A DNA stretch of 64,000 nucleotides from Candidatus Marinacidobacterium sp. (GCA_965220965.1 OZ244852.1:1536001-1600000); one strand, 5' to 3'; shown: positions 36,209 through 45,831, numbered from the stretch's first letter. Numbers and translations are program-made. Notes: generated from the letters alone by a model not told the origin.

Positions 36209-38656
36209 GTGGGATGTCCCGGAGTCTTCCGGGGCGGCGCCCCGGTGGCGGATTTCGGGCGACGGCGCCGCACCACCTGTCGAACGGCGGCCCGTCGCTC
36301 CGACGCGCTCGTCCTCCCCCGGGGGGCGGCCGCGTGGGAGGCGTCTCCCGCCTGCCGACCCCCGTCCGTCGCCTGCTGGAAGCCGCCTTTCGACGTCCTT
36401 CGGGACCCGGAGGCAGGCCGCGGACGGGAGCCGGTCCGGTGTGTTCCCCGCCGGGGCCGCATTTGCCCCGCGCGGACACCCGATCCCGAAGCCGCGGGAC
36501 GCGATCCCCGCCGACATTCTCCGGCGGCATCGCCTCCCGTCCGGCGCCCACCCACCGACCGACCCATCCCGAAAGACTCCCGAGAGCCCCCAACCCACCG
36601 CTCTTCGCGGCGCGGCCCGAAGCGCCCGCGCCGGCGACCCGATTCGCTGTTCAGCGGCCTGGGACGCGCCCTCTCGGCCCTCACCCGACACTGGCCGGGG
36701 CGGATTCTGCTCGCCGTCGGGGCGGTGTGGGTCCTGGCGCTGGTGGGGGGCCTGCCGCCCTCCTGGGCGCAGGACGCCGGGCTCGTCTTCTTCGTCACGC
36801 TGGGACTCACCGGCGTCTGGTTCGGGCGCGACCTGCTCCACTGGCTGCTCTACCCGGTCCGCCGGAAGCTGGTCATCTCGTATCTGTTCATCGGTCTGCT
36901 CCCGGTCCTGCTGCTGACCGCCTTCTTCCTCTCCTCCGCCTACGTGGTGCTCGGGGAGTTCGGGTTTTACGCCCTGGAGGCCAATCTGGGGGCGCGCGGG
37001 GCCGCCTTCTCGGCGGCCGGCCGCGACCTGCTGATCGAGCTTCCCCGCCGCGCGCCGCGAACGGACGCGGAAGCCGCGCTGGACGCCGCGGCCAGCGAGC
37101 TCGCGGCGCTCGCCCCCGGGGTCTCGGTCCACCTCCTCGAGCTGAGCGAGCGACGCATCGCCAGAAGCCTGGCGTCCCGCCCGGCGGAGGGCGGTCCGGC
37201 GCCCATCCCGGAGATCGGTCTCGCGCCGGACTGGGCGGAGGAGCCCTACGAGGGCGTCGTCCAGACGCGGACCGGAGCGTGGTTCGCCGCGGTGATCCCC
37301 GATCCGAGGACCGCGCGGATCGCCGCCGTCTTCGCCCCTCTGACGCCGGTGCTCACCCGGAGCGCCGCCGAGGAGGAACTCGGCGTGCGGCAGATCATGG
37401 GCCTGTTCGTCGGCGCCGACGAGGAAAACCCGCCCGCCTTCGAAACGCTGGGCGCGGGGGGCGACGGCGGCCGGTTCACGCTCCAGGCGTTCCAGGTGTT
37501 CCTGCTGGAGGCGCTCCCTTGGAACGCCGAGCTCGGAGGCGGACGCGTCCTGGTGCGATTCGCGTTCGCTCCCCTCGGCCTCATCCAGGGAACGACCAGC
37601 GGGGTGGCCGACTCGGTCGCGCTGAACGACGAGGACACCGGGGCCAGCCTGCTCGTCGCGCTCGCCGTCCTCGGCGTGGTGTTCCTGCTGATCGAGTTCG
37701 CCGCGCTCGTGGTGGGCGTCCGGCTGGCCCGTTCCATGACCCGTTCCGTCGAGTCGCTCAGCCGGGGCACGCGGCGGGTGCGCGAGGGGAACTTCGGTCA
37801 CGAGGTCCGGGTGGCGTCCCGGGACCAGCTTGGCGAGCTCGCCGGCTCGTTCAACATCATGACCGCGAAGATCAGCGACGACATGGATCGCCTCCGGCAG
37901 GCGTCGGTGCTGGAGCAGGAAATGGAGACGGCCCGTGAGTCGCAGGCCCGGCTTCTTCCTCCGGAGGGATCGGTCCGCGTTCCCGGATTCGCGGTCGCGG
38001 CGGTCTGCCGGCCGGCGACCCAGGTCGGGGGGGACTACTACGACCTCATCGCCCTCGGACCGGATCGGCTCGGCGTCGTGATCGCCGATGTGTCCGGCAC
38101 CGGCGCGCGCGCCGCATTCACGATGGCCGAGCTCAAGGGGATCATCCTCGCGCTCTCCCGGCTCCACGAGTCCCCCCGCCAGGTGCTCATCGAGGCGAAC
38201 CGGGCGCTGCACGGCGCGCTCGACTCGCGGACCTTCATCACGATCACCTATGCGGTGTTCGACTCCCGCTCCGGACGGGTCACGTTCGCCCGGGCGGGGC
38301 ACAGTCCGCTGATCCACCTCAGCCGCAACGGCGAGTGGCCCCGGTCGGAGGCGCTGACCCCGGCGGGCCTCGGCCTGGCGATGGACCCGGGGCCCGTCTT
38401 CGAGGCGGTGCTGGAGGAGCGTTCGGCGAAGCTGGACCCAGGCGCGACCTGGCTGCTGTTCACCGATGGCGTCTCGGAGGCCATGAACTCCGAATCCGAA
38501 ATGTTCGGGGAAGAGCGCCTCATGCGCCTCCTCGAGGACAACGCCGGCCGGTCGCCGGCCGACATGCAGCGCACGGTGGAGGAGGCTGTCCTCCGGTTCA
38601 CCGGCGGCGAAACCCACGCGGACGACCTGACCATGGTGTTCGTCCAGGTGCAGTGA
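36209..38656 (+). CDS. Membrane HAMP + SpoIIE/PP2C (RsbU-like) phosphatase
   Basis: TM helices, HAMP DQLGELAGSFN, VGGDYYD, IADVSG, RAGH, FTDG, DDLT. Start codon uncertain. Confidence 0.85.
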   Translation: MGCPGVFRGGAPVADFGRRRRTTCRTAARRSDALVLPRGAAAWEASPACRPPSVACWKPPFDVLRDPEAGRGREPVRCVPRRGRICPARTPDPEAAGRDPRRHSPAASPPVRRPPTDRPIPKDSREPPTHRSSRRGPKRPRRRPDSLFSGLGRALSALTRHWPGRILLAVGAVWVLALVGGLPPSWAQDAGLVFFVTLGLTGVWFGRDLLHWLLYPVRRKLVISYLFIGLLPVLLLTAFFLSSAYVVLGEFGFYALEANLGARGAAFSAAGRDLLIELPRRAPRTDAEAALDAAASELAALAPGVSVHLLELSERRIARSLASRPAEGGPAPIPEIGLAPDWAEEPYEGVVQTRTGAWFAAVIPDPRTARIAAVFAPLTPVLTRSAAEEELGVRQIMGLFVGADEENPPAFETLGAGGDGGRFTLQAFQVFLLEALPWNAELGGGRVLVRFAFAPLGLIQGTTSGVADSVALNDEDTGASLLVALAVLGVVFLLIEFAALVVGVRLARSMTRSVESLSRGTRRVREGNFGHEVRVASRDQLGELAGSFNIMTAKISDDMDRLRQASVLEQEMETARESQARLLPPEGSVRVPGFAVAAVCRPATQVGGDYYDLIALGPDRLGVVIADVSGTGARAAFTMAELKGIILALSRLHESPRQVLIEANRALHGALDSRTFITITYAVFDSRSGRVTFARAGHSPLIHLSRNGEWPRSEALTPAGLGLAMDPGPVFEAVLEERSAKLDPGATWLLFTDGVSEAMNSESEMFGEERLMRLLEDNAGRSPADMQRTVEEAVLRFTGGETHADDLTMVFVQVQ

Positions 38657-38658
38657 AA

Positions 38659-40356
38659 ATGGCAAGAGGACGCAGGCGACGCGGGTCCCGGAGGCCGGCC
38701 AGGACGGCCGCGCACCGACCCGCGATCGATTTCGCGCGGAGACTCGGATACCGGTTCCGCCGGCTAGAGGGGCTCGAAGAGGCGCTGACCCACGGCTCCT
38801 ACCGCAACGGCGGCGACGGCGGCGACTACGAACGACTGGAGTTCCTGGGCGACGCCGCCCTTGGAATGGTCGTCACCGAGGCGATGCACTTCCAGAAACC
38901 GACGTGGTCGGGGCAGCGGCGCCAGGAGACGAAGGGCGAGGTCGTCAGCAACCAGTCGCTCGCCGGCGCGGCGCGCGCGCTGGGGCTGGACAAGGGGATC
39001 CGCGTCGGCCCCGGCGTCTCGGCCGGAGTCGCGGTGCGATCCTCGGAACGCGTCCTCGCGAACGTGTTCGAGGCGGTGCTGGGAGCGGCCTACCTCGACG
39101 GCGGGCTGGCGGCGGCCCGCGGCATCGTGGGGTCGGCGTTCGACCGCAAGCTGCGCACGCTCCGGCTCACGCCTCCCCGGGCCGGAGGAGGGCCGCTCGG
39201 GGGCGCCGGGCGGCTCGTCCGCGCGGCGTGCGCGGTCGTCGTCCGGCTGGCCCGGCGGGTCCTGTTTCTCCGCATTCCCTCGGAGCGCGCGCTCCGGCGC
39301 ACGTTCGCTCGCCCGTCGCTGCTGAGGGCGGCGCTGGACACCGGCGCCGAACCCGACAGCGCCTCCCGTCGCCGCGGGCGGCGCGGCCGGCGCGGAGGTC
39401 GGGGCGGCCGCCGCGGGCCGGGACATCGCCGCGCGGGCGGCGCCGAGGGCGCCGGGCGGCAGGCGCTCCGGTTCCTCGGCCGGGACGTGATGCATCTGAT
39501 CACCGCCGAAGAGCTTCACCGCTCCTTCCCGGAGTGGGACGAAGGGCGGATGACGCTCGCGCGGATGCGGCTCCAGGAGCGGGAGTTCACCGGCCGGCTC
39601 GCCGAGCACTGGACGCTCGGTTCCGGGGACGCCGCGGCTGGCGACGCCGAGGCGCTGCTGGGCGCGCTCTACCTCGACGGCCAGCTCGGCGCCGCGCGGC
39701 GATCGCTCGCCGGGCCCTTCCGGGAGGCTTTCGACGACCTCGCGGAGCCCGGGCTGGAACTGCTCGACCCGAAGACGCTGCTCCAGAACCGGCTCGCCAA
39801 GGACGGCAAGGAGGCGCCCCGCTACGACCGCGGGCACTCATCCGGCAAGGGGGACGGCCAGGTGGTCGTGGCTGTGCGGCTCCAGGGGGGCGTGGTGGAG
39901 ACCGGGCGGGGCCGCGGCCTCAAGCAGGCGCAGAAGGACGCGGCCCAGCGCGCCTTCGACCGGATCTACGGCGACAAGGGCGAGGAACCGGCGCGCGAAG
40001 CGAAGGCCCACGGCGGCAGGGGCCCCTCCCGGCGCGACGGCGCCCGGAGCCAGCGAGGCTCGCAGTCCGGGCGGAAGGCGGCGCCCTCGCCGCCGGCGCG
40101 CGAGCAGCCTGAAGAGACAATCCGGACCGACCCGAAGGAAAACCCCAAGGGGGCGCTCCAGGAGATCCTGGTGAAGCGGCATGGCCGCCTCCCCGTCTAC
40201 CGGGTGATCTCGGAGAGCGGGCCGGAGCACGACAAGACCTACGTCGTCGAAGTGCTTTCCGGACGCCAGGCGCTGGGACGAGGCAGCGGCGGCAGCAAGC
40301 GAAAGGCGGAAGCGGAGGCCGCGGCGAAAGCGTTAGCCGCCGGAACCGTCGACTGA
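38659..40356 (+). CDS. rnc: Ribonuclease III with tandem RNase III domains and two dsRBDs
   Basis: ERLEFLGD at 38830 with FEAVLGAAYLDGG; second domain QALRFLGR at 39460 with EALLGALYLDG; dsRBDs DPKTLLQ... and NPKGALQE...SKRKAEAEAA. Confidence 0.85.
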   Translation: MARGRRRRGSRRPARTAAHRPAIDFARRLGYRFRRLEGLEEALTHGSYRNGGDGGDYERLEFLGDAALGMVVTEAMHFQKPTWSGQRRQETKGEVVSNQSLAGAARALGLDKGIRVGPGVSAGVAVRSSERVLANVFEAVLGAAYLDGGLAAARGIVGSAFDRKLRTLRLTPPRAGGGPLGGAGRLVRAACAVVVRLARRVLFLRIPSERALRRTFARPSLLRAALDTGAEPDSASRRRGRRGRRGGRGGRRGPGHRRAGGAEGAGRQALRFLGRDVMHLITAEELHRSFPEWDEGRMTLARMRLQEREFTGRLAEHWTLGSGDAAAGDAEALLGALYLDGQLGAARRSLAGPFREAFDDLAEPGLELLDPKTLLQNRLAKDGKEAPRYDRGHSSGKGDGQVVVAVRLQGGVVETGRGRGLKQAQKDAAQRAFDRIYGDKGEEPAREAKAHGGRGPSRRDGARSQRGSQSGRKAAPSPPAREQPEETIRTDPKENPKGALQEILVKRHGRLPVYRVISESGPEHDKTYVVEVLSGRQALGRGSGGSKRKAEAEAAAKALAAGTVD

Positions 40357-40486
40357 TAGGAGGGCCCTTCCCGCCCCTATACTCCGGGCGCGGGGCGCGG
40401 GGGACGGATGGGGCGCCGCCGGAAACCCCCCGGAGGCGCCGTCCGCCAGCGAGGGGAACCCTGACAGCCTGTCGATAGGAGAACCA

Positions 40487-41725
40487 GTGGCCGAGCGCCT
40501 GAATTTCGACCTGAACGAAGAGCACCGCGCGACCGAGTCGCTGGTGCGCGAATTCGCGGCCCGGGAAGTGGCCCCCCACATCCGGGACAACGACGCCTCG
40601 AAGACCTTCGACCGGAACATCCTCCGCGGCATGGCCGAGCTCGGGATCCTCGGGCTCTCGGTCCCGGAGCGCTGGGGCGGCGCCGGTCTGGACTACATCT
40701 CGCTCGGGATCGCCTGCGAGGAACTCGAGTACGTGGACACCTCGCTCCGCGTGATCATGTCGGTCCACGCCGGCCTCAACTCGCTGTCGATCCTCGCCTG
40801 GGGAAACGAGGAACAGAAGGAGCGCTTTCTGCGGCCGCAGGCGGAGGGGCGCGCCATCGCCACCTACGGCCTCACCGAGCCGGACGCCGGAAGCGACGCG
40901 GTGGGGATCCGGTCCGCCGCCCGCCGGGACGGAGACGACTACATCCTGTCCGGCGAAAAACACTGGATTTCCCTCGCCGAGATCGCCGACAACTTCCTGG
41001 TGATCGCCTGGACCGACCAGGAGAAGCGGGCGAAGCGGGACCATTCCGGGCTCTCGGCGTTCCTGGTGGAGCGCTCCCGGGAGGGCTTCGAGTCCGGGAA
41101 CATGACCCACAAGTGGGGGATCCGCGCCGGGAACACCGGCTGGTTCCGCATGAACGACGTCCGCGTCCCGGCGGCCAACCGGCTGGGCGAGGAGGGCGAG
41201 GGTTTCCGGATCGCCATGTTCGCGCTCGACCAGGGCCGCTACACGGTGGCGGCGGGGGCCACCGGGCTGATCCGGGCCTGCCGCGACCAGAGCGTGAAGT
41301 GGGCCCGCGAGCGCACGACCTTCGGCCAGGAGATCGGCCGCCACCAGTTGGTGAAGCAGATGATCGCCAACATGGAGCGGGACTACGAGGTCTCGCGGCT
41401 GCTCTGGCTCCGGTCCGGCGAGCTGAAGAACCGCGGGCGGCGGAACACCCGGGAGACCTCGCTGGCGAAGTGGGTCTCCACCGTCGCTTCGGAGCGGGCC
41501 GCGTCCGACGCGATCCAGATCCACGGCTCGTACGGCTACTCCGACGAGTACCCGGTGGGGCGGTTCTGGCGAAACTCCAAGGGAGCGGTGATCTACGAGG
41601 GGACGCGCGAGATCCACACCCTCATGCAGGCCGACTACGCGCTCGGCTATCGGCGCGACCGGCCGGTCCGCGCCGGGTTGCCTCCCTTCGCCGACGGATC
41701 GGGCGACTCGCCGGAGACAGCGTGA
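40487..41725 (+). CDS. Acyl-CoA dehydrogenase
   Basis: GLTEPDAGSDA, G.K.WI, R..FG..I..HQ, QIHG.YGY, IYEGT. Confidence 0.92.
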   Translation: MAERLNFDLNEEHRATESLVREFAAREVAPHIRDNDASKTFDRNILRGMAELGILGLSVPERWGGAGLDYISLGIACEELEYVDTSLRVIMSVHAGLNSLSILAWGNEEQKERFLRPQAEGRAIATYGLTEPDAGSDAVGIRSAARRDGDDYILSGEKHWISLAEIADNFLVIAWTDQEKRAKRDHSGLSAFLVERSREGFESGNMTHKWGIRAGNTGWFRMNDVRVPAANRLGEEGEGFRIAMFALDQGRYTVAAGATGLIRACRDQSVKWARERTTFGQEIGRHQLVKQMIANMERDYEVSRLLWLRSGELKNRGRRNTRETSLAKWVSTVASERAASDAIQIHGSYGYSDEYPVGRFWRNSKGAVIYEGTREIHTLMQADYALGYRRDRPVRAGLPPFADGSGDSPETA

Positions 41726-42717
41726 CGCCGTCCGCCGGAGCGGCGGCCCTCGAGAGCCTGACGCCGCACCTCGTCCGGACCGTCGAGGAGGCGGCGATCG
41801 CCTGCGCCCGCACGATCGGCCAGGGCGACCGGCGGCACTCGGACGCGGTTGCGGTCGCGGCGATGCGGGGGGTGCTGGACACCATCCCCGTCCGCGGGCG
41901 GGTGGTCATCGGGGAAGGCGAACGCGACAAGGCGCCGATGCTCTGGACCGGTGAGGAGTTCGGCGCGGGCGACGCCGGGACGTTCGCACTCGATATCGCG
42001 GTGGATCCGCTCGAGGGCACGAACCTCTGCGCCACCGGCGGCCCCGGAGCGATCGCGGTGCTGGCCGGCGCCCCGCGCGGCGGGCTGCTCACCGCCCCGG
42101 ACGTCTACATGGACAAGATCGCGGTCGGACCGGCCGCCCGCGACCTGCTGGGAGATGCCGTCCGGCTGGATCGCCCTCCGGAGGAGAACTTCCGGGCCAT
42201 CGCCGAAGCGGAGGGCATCGGGATCGAGGACCTGACGGTCGTGATCCTGGACCGGTCGCGGCACGAGGAGCTGATCGCCGGCGCCCGGCGGGCGGGAGCG
42301 CGGGTGCGCCTCATCGGGGACGGCGACCTCTCGGCGGCGGTGCTCGCCGCCACTCCCGGCTCCGGAATCCACGCCGCGGTGGGAGCGGGAGGCGCTCCCG
42401 AGGGGGTGATCGCGGCGGCCGCGCTCCGCTGCCTGGGGGGCGGCATGATCGGGCGCCTCGTGGTGCGCGACGAGACGGACCGGCGCCGGATCGAGGAGGT
42501 CGCGGCGGGCCCGGGAGCGTCGGCGGATCCGTTCCGGACGATGACGGCGGAAGAACTGGCGTCAGGCGACTCGCTCCGCTTCTGCGCCGCCGGGGTGACC
42601 GACGGGCCGCTGGCGTCCGGGGTGCGCTTCACGGCGGATGCGGTGGAGACCTCCACCCTCGTCCTCGGCAACGACCCGCCGGAGATCACCCGGACGGTGC
42701 GTCAGCGGCGCGCCTGA
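41722..42717 (+). CDS. glpX: Class II fructose-1,6-bisphosphatase
   Basis: VIGEGERDKAPML, AVDPLEGT, PDVYMDKI, LDR.RH, GGAPEGV, GVTDG. Confidence 0.92.
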   Translation: MTPSAGAAALESLTPHLVRTVEEAAIACARTIGQGDRRHSDAVAVAAMRGVLDTIPVRGRVVIGEGERDKAPMLWTGEEFGAGDAGTFALDIAVDPLEGTNLCATGGPGAIAVLAGAPRGGLLTAPDVYMDKIAVGPAARDLLGDAVRLDRPPEENFRAIAEAEGIGIEDLTVVILDRSRHEELIAGARRAGARVRLIGDGDLSAAVLAATPGSGIHAAVGAGGAPEGVIAAAALRCLGGGMIGRLVVRDETDRRRIEEVAAGPGASADPFRTMTAEELASGDSLRFCAAGVTDGPLASGVRFTADAVETSTLVLGNDPPEITRTVRQRRA

Positions 42718-42836
42718 CGGCGCGTCGGGGACGCGTTGAAGCTTCGCAGCCGGTCCGGTACTCTCCCCCATCCGTCGTCGGCGGGTCTGCCCCCAGGAGG
42801 ACCCCGCCCGCCGCAGCCATCGTTCATCGCCAACCC

Positions 42837-43256
42837 GTGGAGCACGATCCATCCCTGCTGGAGGCGCTGGTCGCCGCCTTCTTTGACGACGGTCCCGAGC
42901 GCACCTACTACTACGACCGGGACACCCAGCGGATGGTGAGCGTGGCGGAAGACCACGAAGACCCGTCCACGCAGGAGATCGTCTGGCAGCTCGAGTCCGA
43001 CACCCGAGGCCGGTTCGCGCCGGTCCCGAAGCCGCGGCTCGAGGAGACGCTCGAGGAGCAGGACGCCTTCGTCGAGTCGCTTCCGGCGGGGCCGATGAAG
43101 AAGCGGCTGGAGGCGCTTCTCGAGGACGACCCCGACGGCAGCAAGCTGGCGCAGCTCGTGACGCGCGACCGGGAGGTGCGCCCGGCGTGGCGCCAGTTCC
43201 GTTCGGAGCGGGCGCGGGTCCAGGCGGAAAAGTTCCTGGCTCGACTCGAGGTCTAG
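42837..43256 (+). CDS. UPF0158 family protein
   Basis: YYDR.T, RF..VP, FVESL, W..FR pattern. Confidence 0.65.
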   Translation: MEHDPSLLEALVAAFFDDGPERTYYYDRDTQRMVSVAEDHEDPSTQEIVWQLESDTRGRFAPVPKPRLEETLEEQDAFVESLPAGPMKKRLEALLEDDPDGSKLAQLVTRDREVRPAWRQFRSERARVQAEKFLARLEV

Positions 43257-43427
43257 GACCAGACCCGGAGCAAAGTCGAACCGTTGCGCGGGAGCGGCCG
43301 CGCGGCGTCATCGGAGCGCGGGGCGGTCCCGCCACGGGGCGCGCCTGGTGGCATATGGTTTGCGTCAGGAATCCGTGTGCGTGGACGTCCGGCGGCGTCC
43401 GCCCGCACAGCCACCCGGAGGGTTCTC

Positions 43428-45563
43428 ATGAAAAAGGCAGCGACTCGGAATCCCGCGAGCGGAAGGCGAATCCGCAGCGTCGGCGGCGCCGTCGCCCTCG
43501 CGTTCCTCGCGGCGGCCGCAACCGCCTCCGCCCAGACGGCGGACATCACCCCGGTCGACGGCCGCTCGTACATTTACGGGAACCTCACCTACGTCGAGGG
43601 AGACGTGTGGCACCAGCGCGCTGACGACTTCGGCGCGAACGAGGCCGAGCGCAACAGCCCGTTCCTCCCCGGAGACCGGATCTGGACCCGGGAGGAAGGA
43701 CAGGTCGAGTTCCGCCTCGCGGGCGGCGTGCTGGTCTGGATGGACGCCGGGACGAAGCTCGACTACGTGGAAGCGGACAACCCGCACCGCCTCGGCTTCT
43801 GGACCGGCAGCCTCGCCCTGCTCGTTCCGGAGGATGTCTCCATCGTGATCGAGACCCCGGGCGGGACGCTGACGCCGCAGGGCGCCGGTGAGTTCCGGAC
43901 CGACCTGCTGTCCGACGCGCGGACCGTCCAGTTCCAGGTCTACGAAGGCATCGCCACCGTGGCCACCGAATGGGGCTCGGTGCTCGTCGGCGCCGGACAG
44001 CGCACCCTCGCCTCCGAAGGGGCCGCGCCGGCGCCCGCGGAGAAGTTCCTCGCGAATGACACCTTCCTCGGGTGGACCGAGGAACGGCGGGAGCGGATCC
44101 TGCTGGCGTCGGAAGCGCCCCTGGACGAGCTGCCCGAAGAGGTCCACGACCACATCCATGACCTCGATGGCCACGGACGCTGGCGCCACGACCCCCATTT
44201 GGGGTGGCAGTGGTTCCCGTTCGTGTCCGCCGGCTGGGCCCCCTACCGGCTGGGCCGCTGGGCCTACACGCCGTTCGGCTACACCTGGATCTCCCACGAT
44301 CCCTGGGGCTGGGCGCCGTTCCACTACGGGAGCTGGGGGCACGGTCCGTACGGCTGGTACTGGATGCCGGGCTCGGTGTGGGGCCCGGGCTGGGTGTCCT
44401 GGGCCTACGGGCCGAACTGGGTGAGCTGGGGTCCGCTGAACTACTACGGCAGGCCGGTCTACGGCTTCCACGGCGCCTTCTACGACGAGCGCTACTACTA
44501 CAGCGACTACTACGGCAACGCGAGCGGATTCCGGGGACTACGGCGCGGGCAGATCCTGGGCAAGGCGGTTCCCCGCGGCGACCGGGTGACCCGGCGCGGC
44601 TGGAGCGCGACGACCCGGGCGTCCATCGGAACCCCGGCTTCGGCGCGGCGGCTCGCCATGTCCCGCCTGCAGGACGTGGACAAGGCGCGGGTCCTTTCCC
44701 GGGGAGCGACGCTGGATCGGGGGTTCCGGCTTCGGGCCGACGGCGCGACCGGGATGCTCCGCTCCGCGCGGGCGACCAACCGTCGCCTCTCCAACGCGCC
44801 GGTCCAGACCGCGACCGGGGAGGCCGTTCGCCGCACGAACCTCACCCAGCGGATCGCCCAGCCCGCGCCGGCGGCGCGGGCCCGGTCCGGAAGCGTCGCG
44901 GTCGCTCCCGGCGCTTCCCGGTCCGCCGTGGGCGCGGCGCGGGTCCGGGGCGCTGAGGCCACGGCCGCCGGCGCAGGCTCCAGCACCGGCGCGCGCGCCA
45001 CCGCCGCCGGCCGCGTGGCCCGTCCGGCGGCCGCCAGCCGGGGAACCGCGACCTCCCGGAGCGGCGCCTCCCGCGCCAGCCGGCCGCCGAGGCCCAGAGC
45101 CTCCGGATCCGCATCCGGCGGCGCCCGCCGCCCGTCCGCGGTGCGTCCCTCCGGCGCCTCCCGGGGCAGCGCCAGCCGGCCATCGGCGACCTCCCGCGGC
45201 CGGCCAAGCGCCTCCGCCCCCTCCCGGAGCGGCGCCCGCCCCTCCTCCGGCGCCGCCTCCCGCGGCCGGCCCTCGAGCGGCGCCCGGAGCCGGCCGAGCG
45301 CCACCTCGAGAAGCCGACCCAGCGCCTCGTCGAGGAGCCGGCCGAGCGGCTCCATCCGGGGCCGCCCCTCCGCAACGCCTCGTTCCAGTGGAGCGGCGGC
45401 CAGCCGGTCCACCGGCGGCTGGTCCTCCCGGGGCTCCTCCGCGGGGGCGTCCTCCTCCGGGAGCTCCGGCGGGTCCCGGAGCGCCGCTTCCTCCTCCGGC
45501 GGCGGCGGCTCGCGAGGCTCCTCCTCGGGCGGATCCGCCCGGCGGCGACCGAACAACTTCTGA
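43428..45563 (+). CDS. FecR-like + DUF6600 exported protein with Ser/Arg-rich low-complexity tail
   Basis: Signal peptide, N.P..PGD.IWT, WAPYR.GRW...PWGWAPFHYG.W...W.PG..WGP.WV.W. Confidence 0.8.
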   Translation: MKKAATRNPASGRRIRSVGGAVALAFLAAAATASAQTADITPVDGRSYIYGNLTYVEGDVWHQRADDFGANEAERNSPFLPGDRIWTREEGQVEFRLAGGVLVWMDAGTKLDYVEADNPHRLGFWTGSLALLVPEDVSIVIETPGGTLTPQGAGEFRTDLLSDARTVQFQVYEGIATVATEWGSVLVGAGQRTLASEGAAPAPAEKFLANDTFLGWTEERRERILLASEAPLDELPEEVHDHIHDLDGHGRWRHDPHLGWQWFPFVSAGWAPYRLGRWAYTPFGYTWISHDPWGWAPFHYGSWGHGPYGWYWMPGSVWGPGWVSWAYGPNWVSWGPLNYYGRPVYGFHGAFYDERYYYSDYYGNASGFRGLRRGQILGKAVPRGDRVTRRGWSATTRASIGTPASARRLAMSRLQDVDKARVLSRGATLDRGFRLRADGATGMLRSARATNRRLSNAPVQTATGEAVRRTNLTQRIAQPAPAARARSGSVAVAPGASRSAVGAARVRGAEATAAGAGSSTGARATAAGRVARPAAASRGTATSRSGASRASRPPRPRASGSASGGARRPSAVRPSGASRGSASRPSATSRGRPSASAPSRSGARPSSGAASRGRPSSGARSRPSATSRSRPSASSRSRPSGSIRGRPSATPRSSGAAASRSTGGWSSRGSSAGASSSGSSGGSRSAASSSGGGGSRGSSSGGSARRRPNNF
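45130..45385 (+). repeat. Degenerate in-frame repeats encoding RPS(A/S)xSR units
   Basis: Translation SRGRPS/SRSRPS/RPSATSR recurs at roughly 7-8 aa spacing. Confidence 0.6.
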
Positions 45564-45568
45564 TCGGC

Positions 45569-45699
45569 TTCCGGGGCCCTTCGCGGGCCTCGGAAGAACG
45601 ACACGTCACCGCGCACCGAAGGTGCGCGGTGACGTTCTGTGTCGGATGTCGGGCGGGGACTCTCTGTGGAGTCCGCCGCCCTCCGGGCGGCGGACTCCA
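45569..45699. other. Cluster of three GC-rich hairpins (terminator- or REP-like)
   Basis: Imperfect stem 45569-45595; perfect 15-bp stems acgtcaccgcgcacc-gaa-ggtgcgcggtgacgt (45603-45635) and tggagtccgccgccc-tcc-gggcggcggactcca (45667-45699). Confidence 0.6.
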
Positions 45700-45775
45700 T
45701 GTCTTCCGGCGGCCGGAACCTCGCCTCGGACAGTCCATCGGCGCTCTTCGGCGGCCGACCCGAAATCCTATGGAA

Positions 45776-45823
45776 CCACTAGGGGTTGTGGTGCGGTAGG
45801 CTCGGGACCACTACATCTTGTGG
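45776..45823 (+). promoter_or_regulatory. Tandem NrdR boxes
   Basis: ccactaggggttgtgg (45776-45791) and ccactacatcttgtgg (45808-45823), starts 32 bp apart, resembling the acaCwAtATaTwGtg consensus, upstream of an RNR gene. Confidence 0.85.
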
Positions 45824-45831
45824 GTTGAGGC

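Noticed and set aside
45130-45400. CRISPR-like periodic repeats
   Set aside because: In-frame, degenerate coding repeats without unique spacers; no cas genes.
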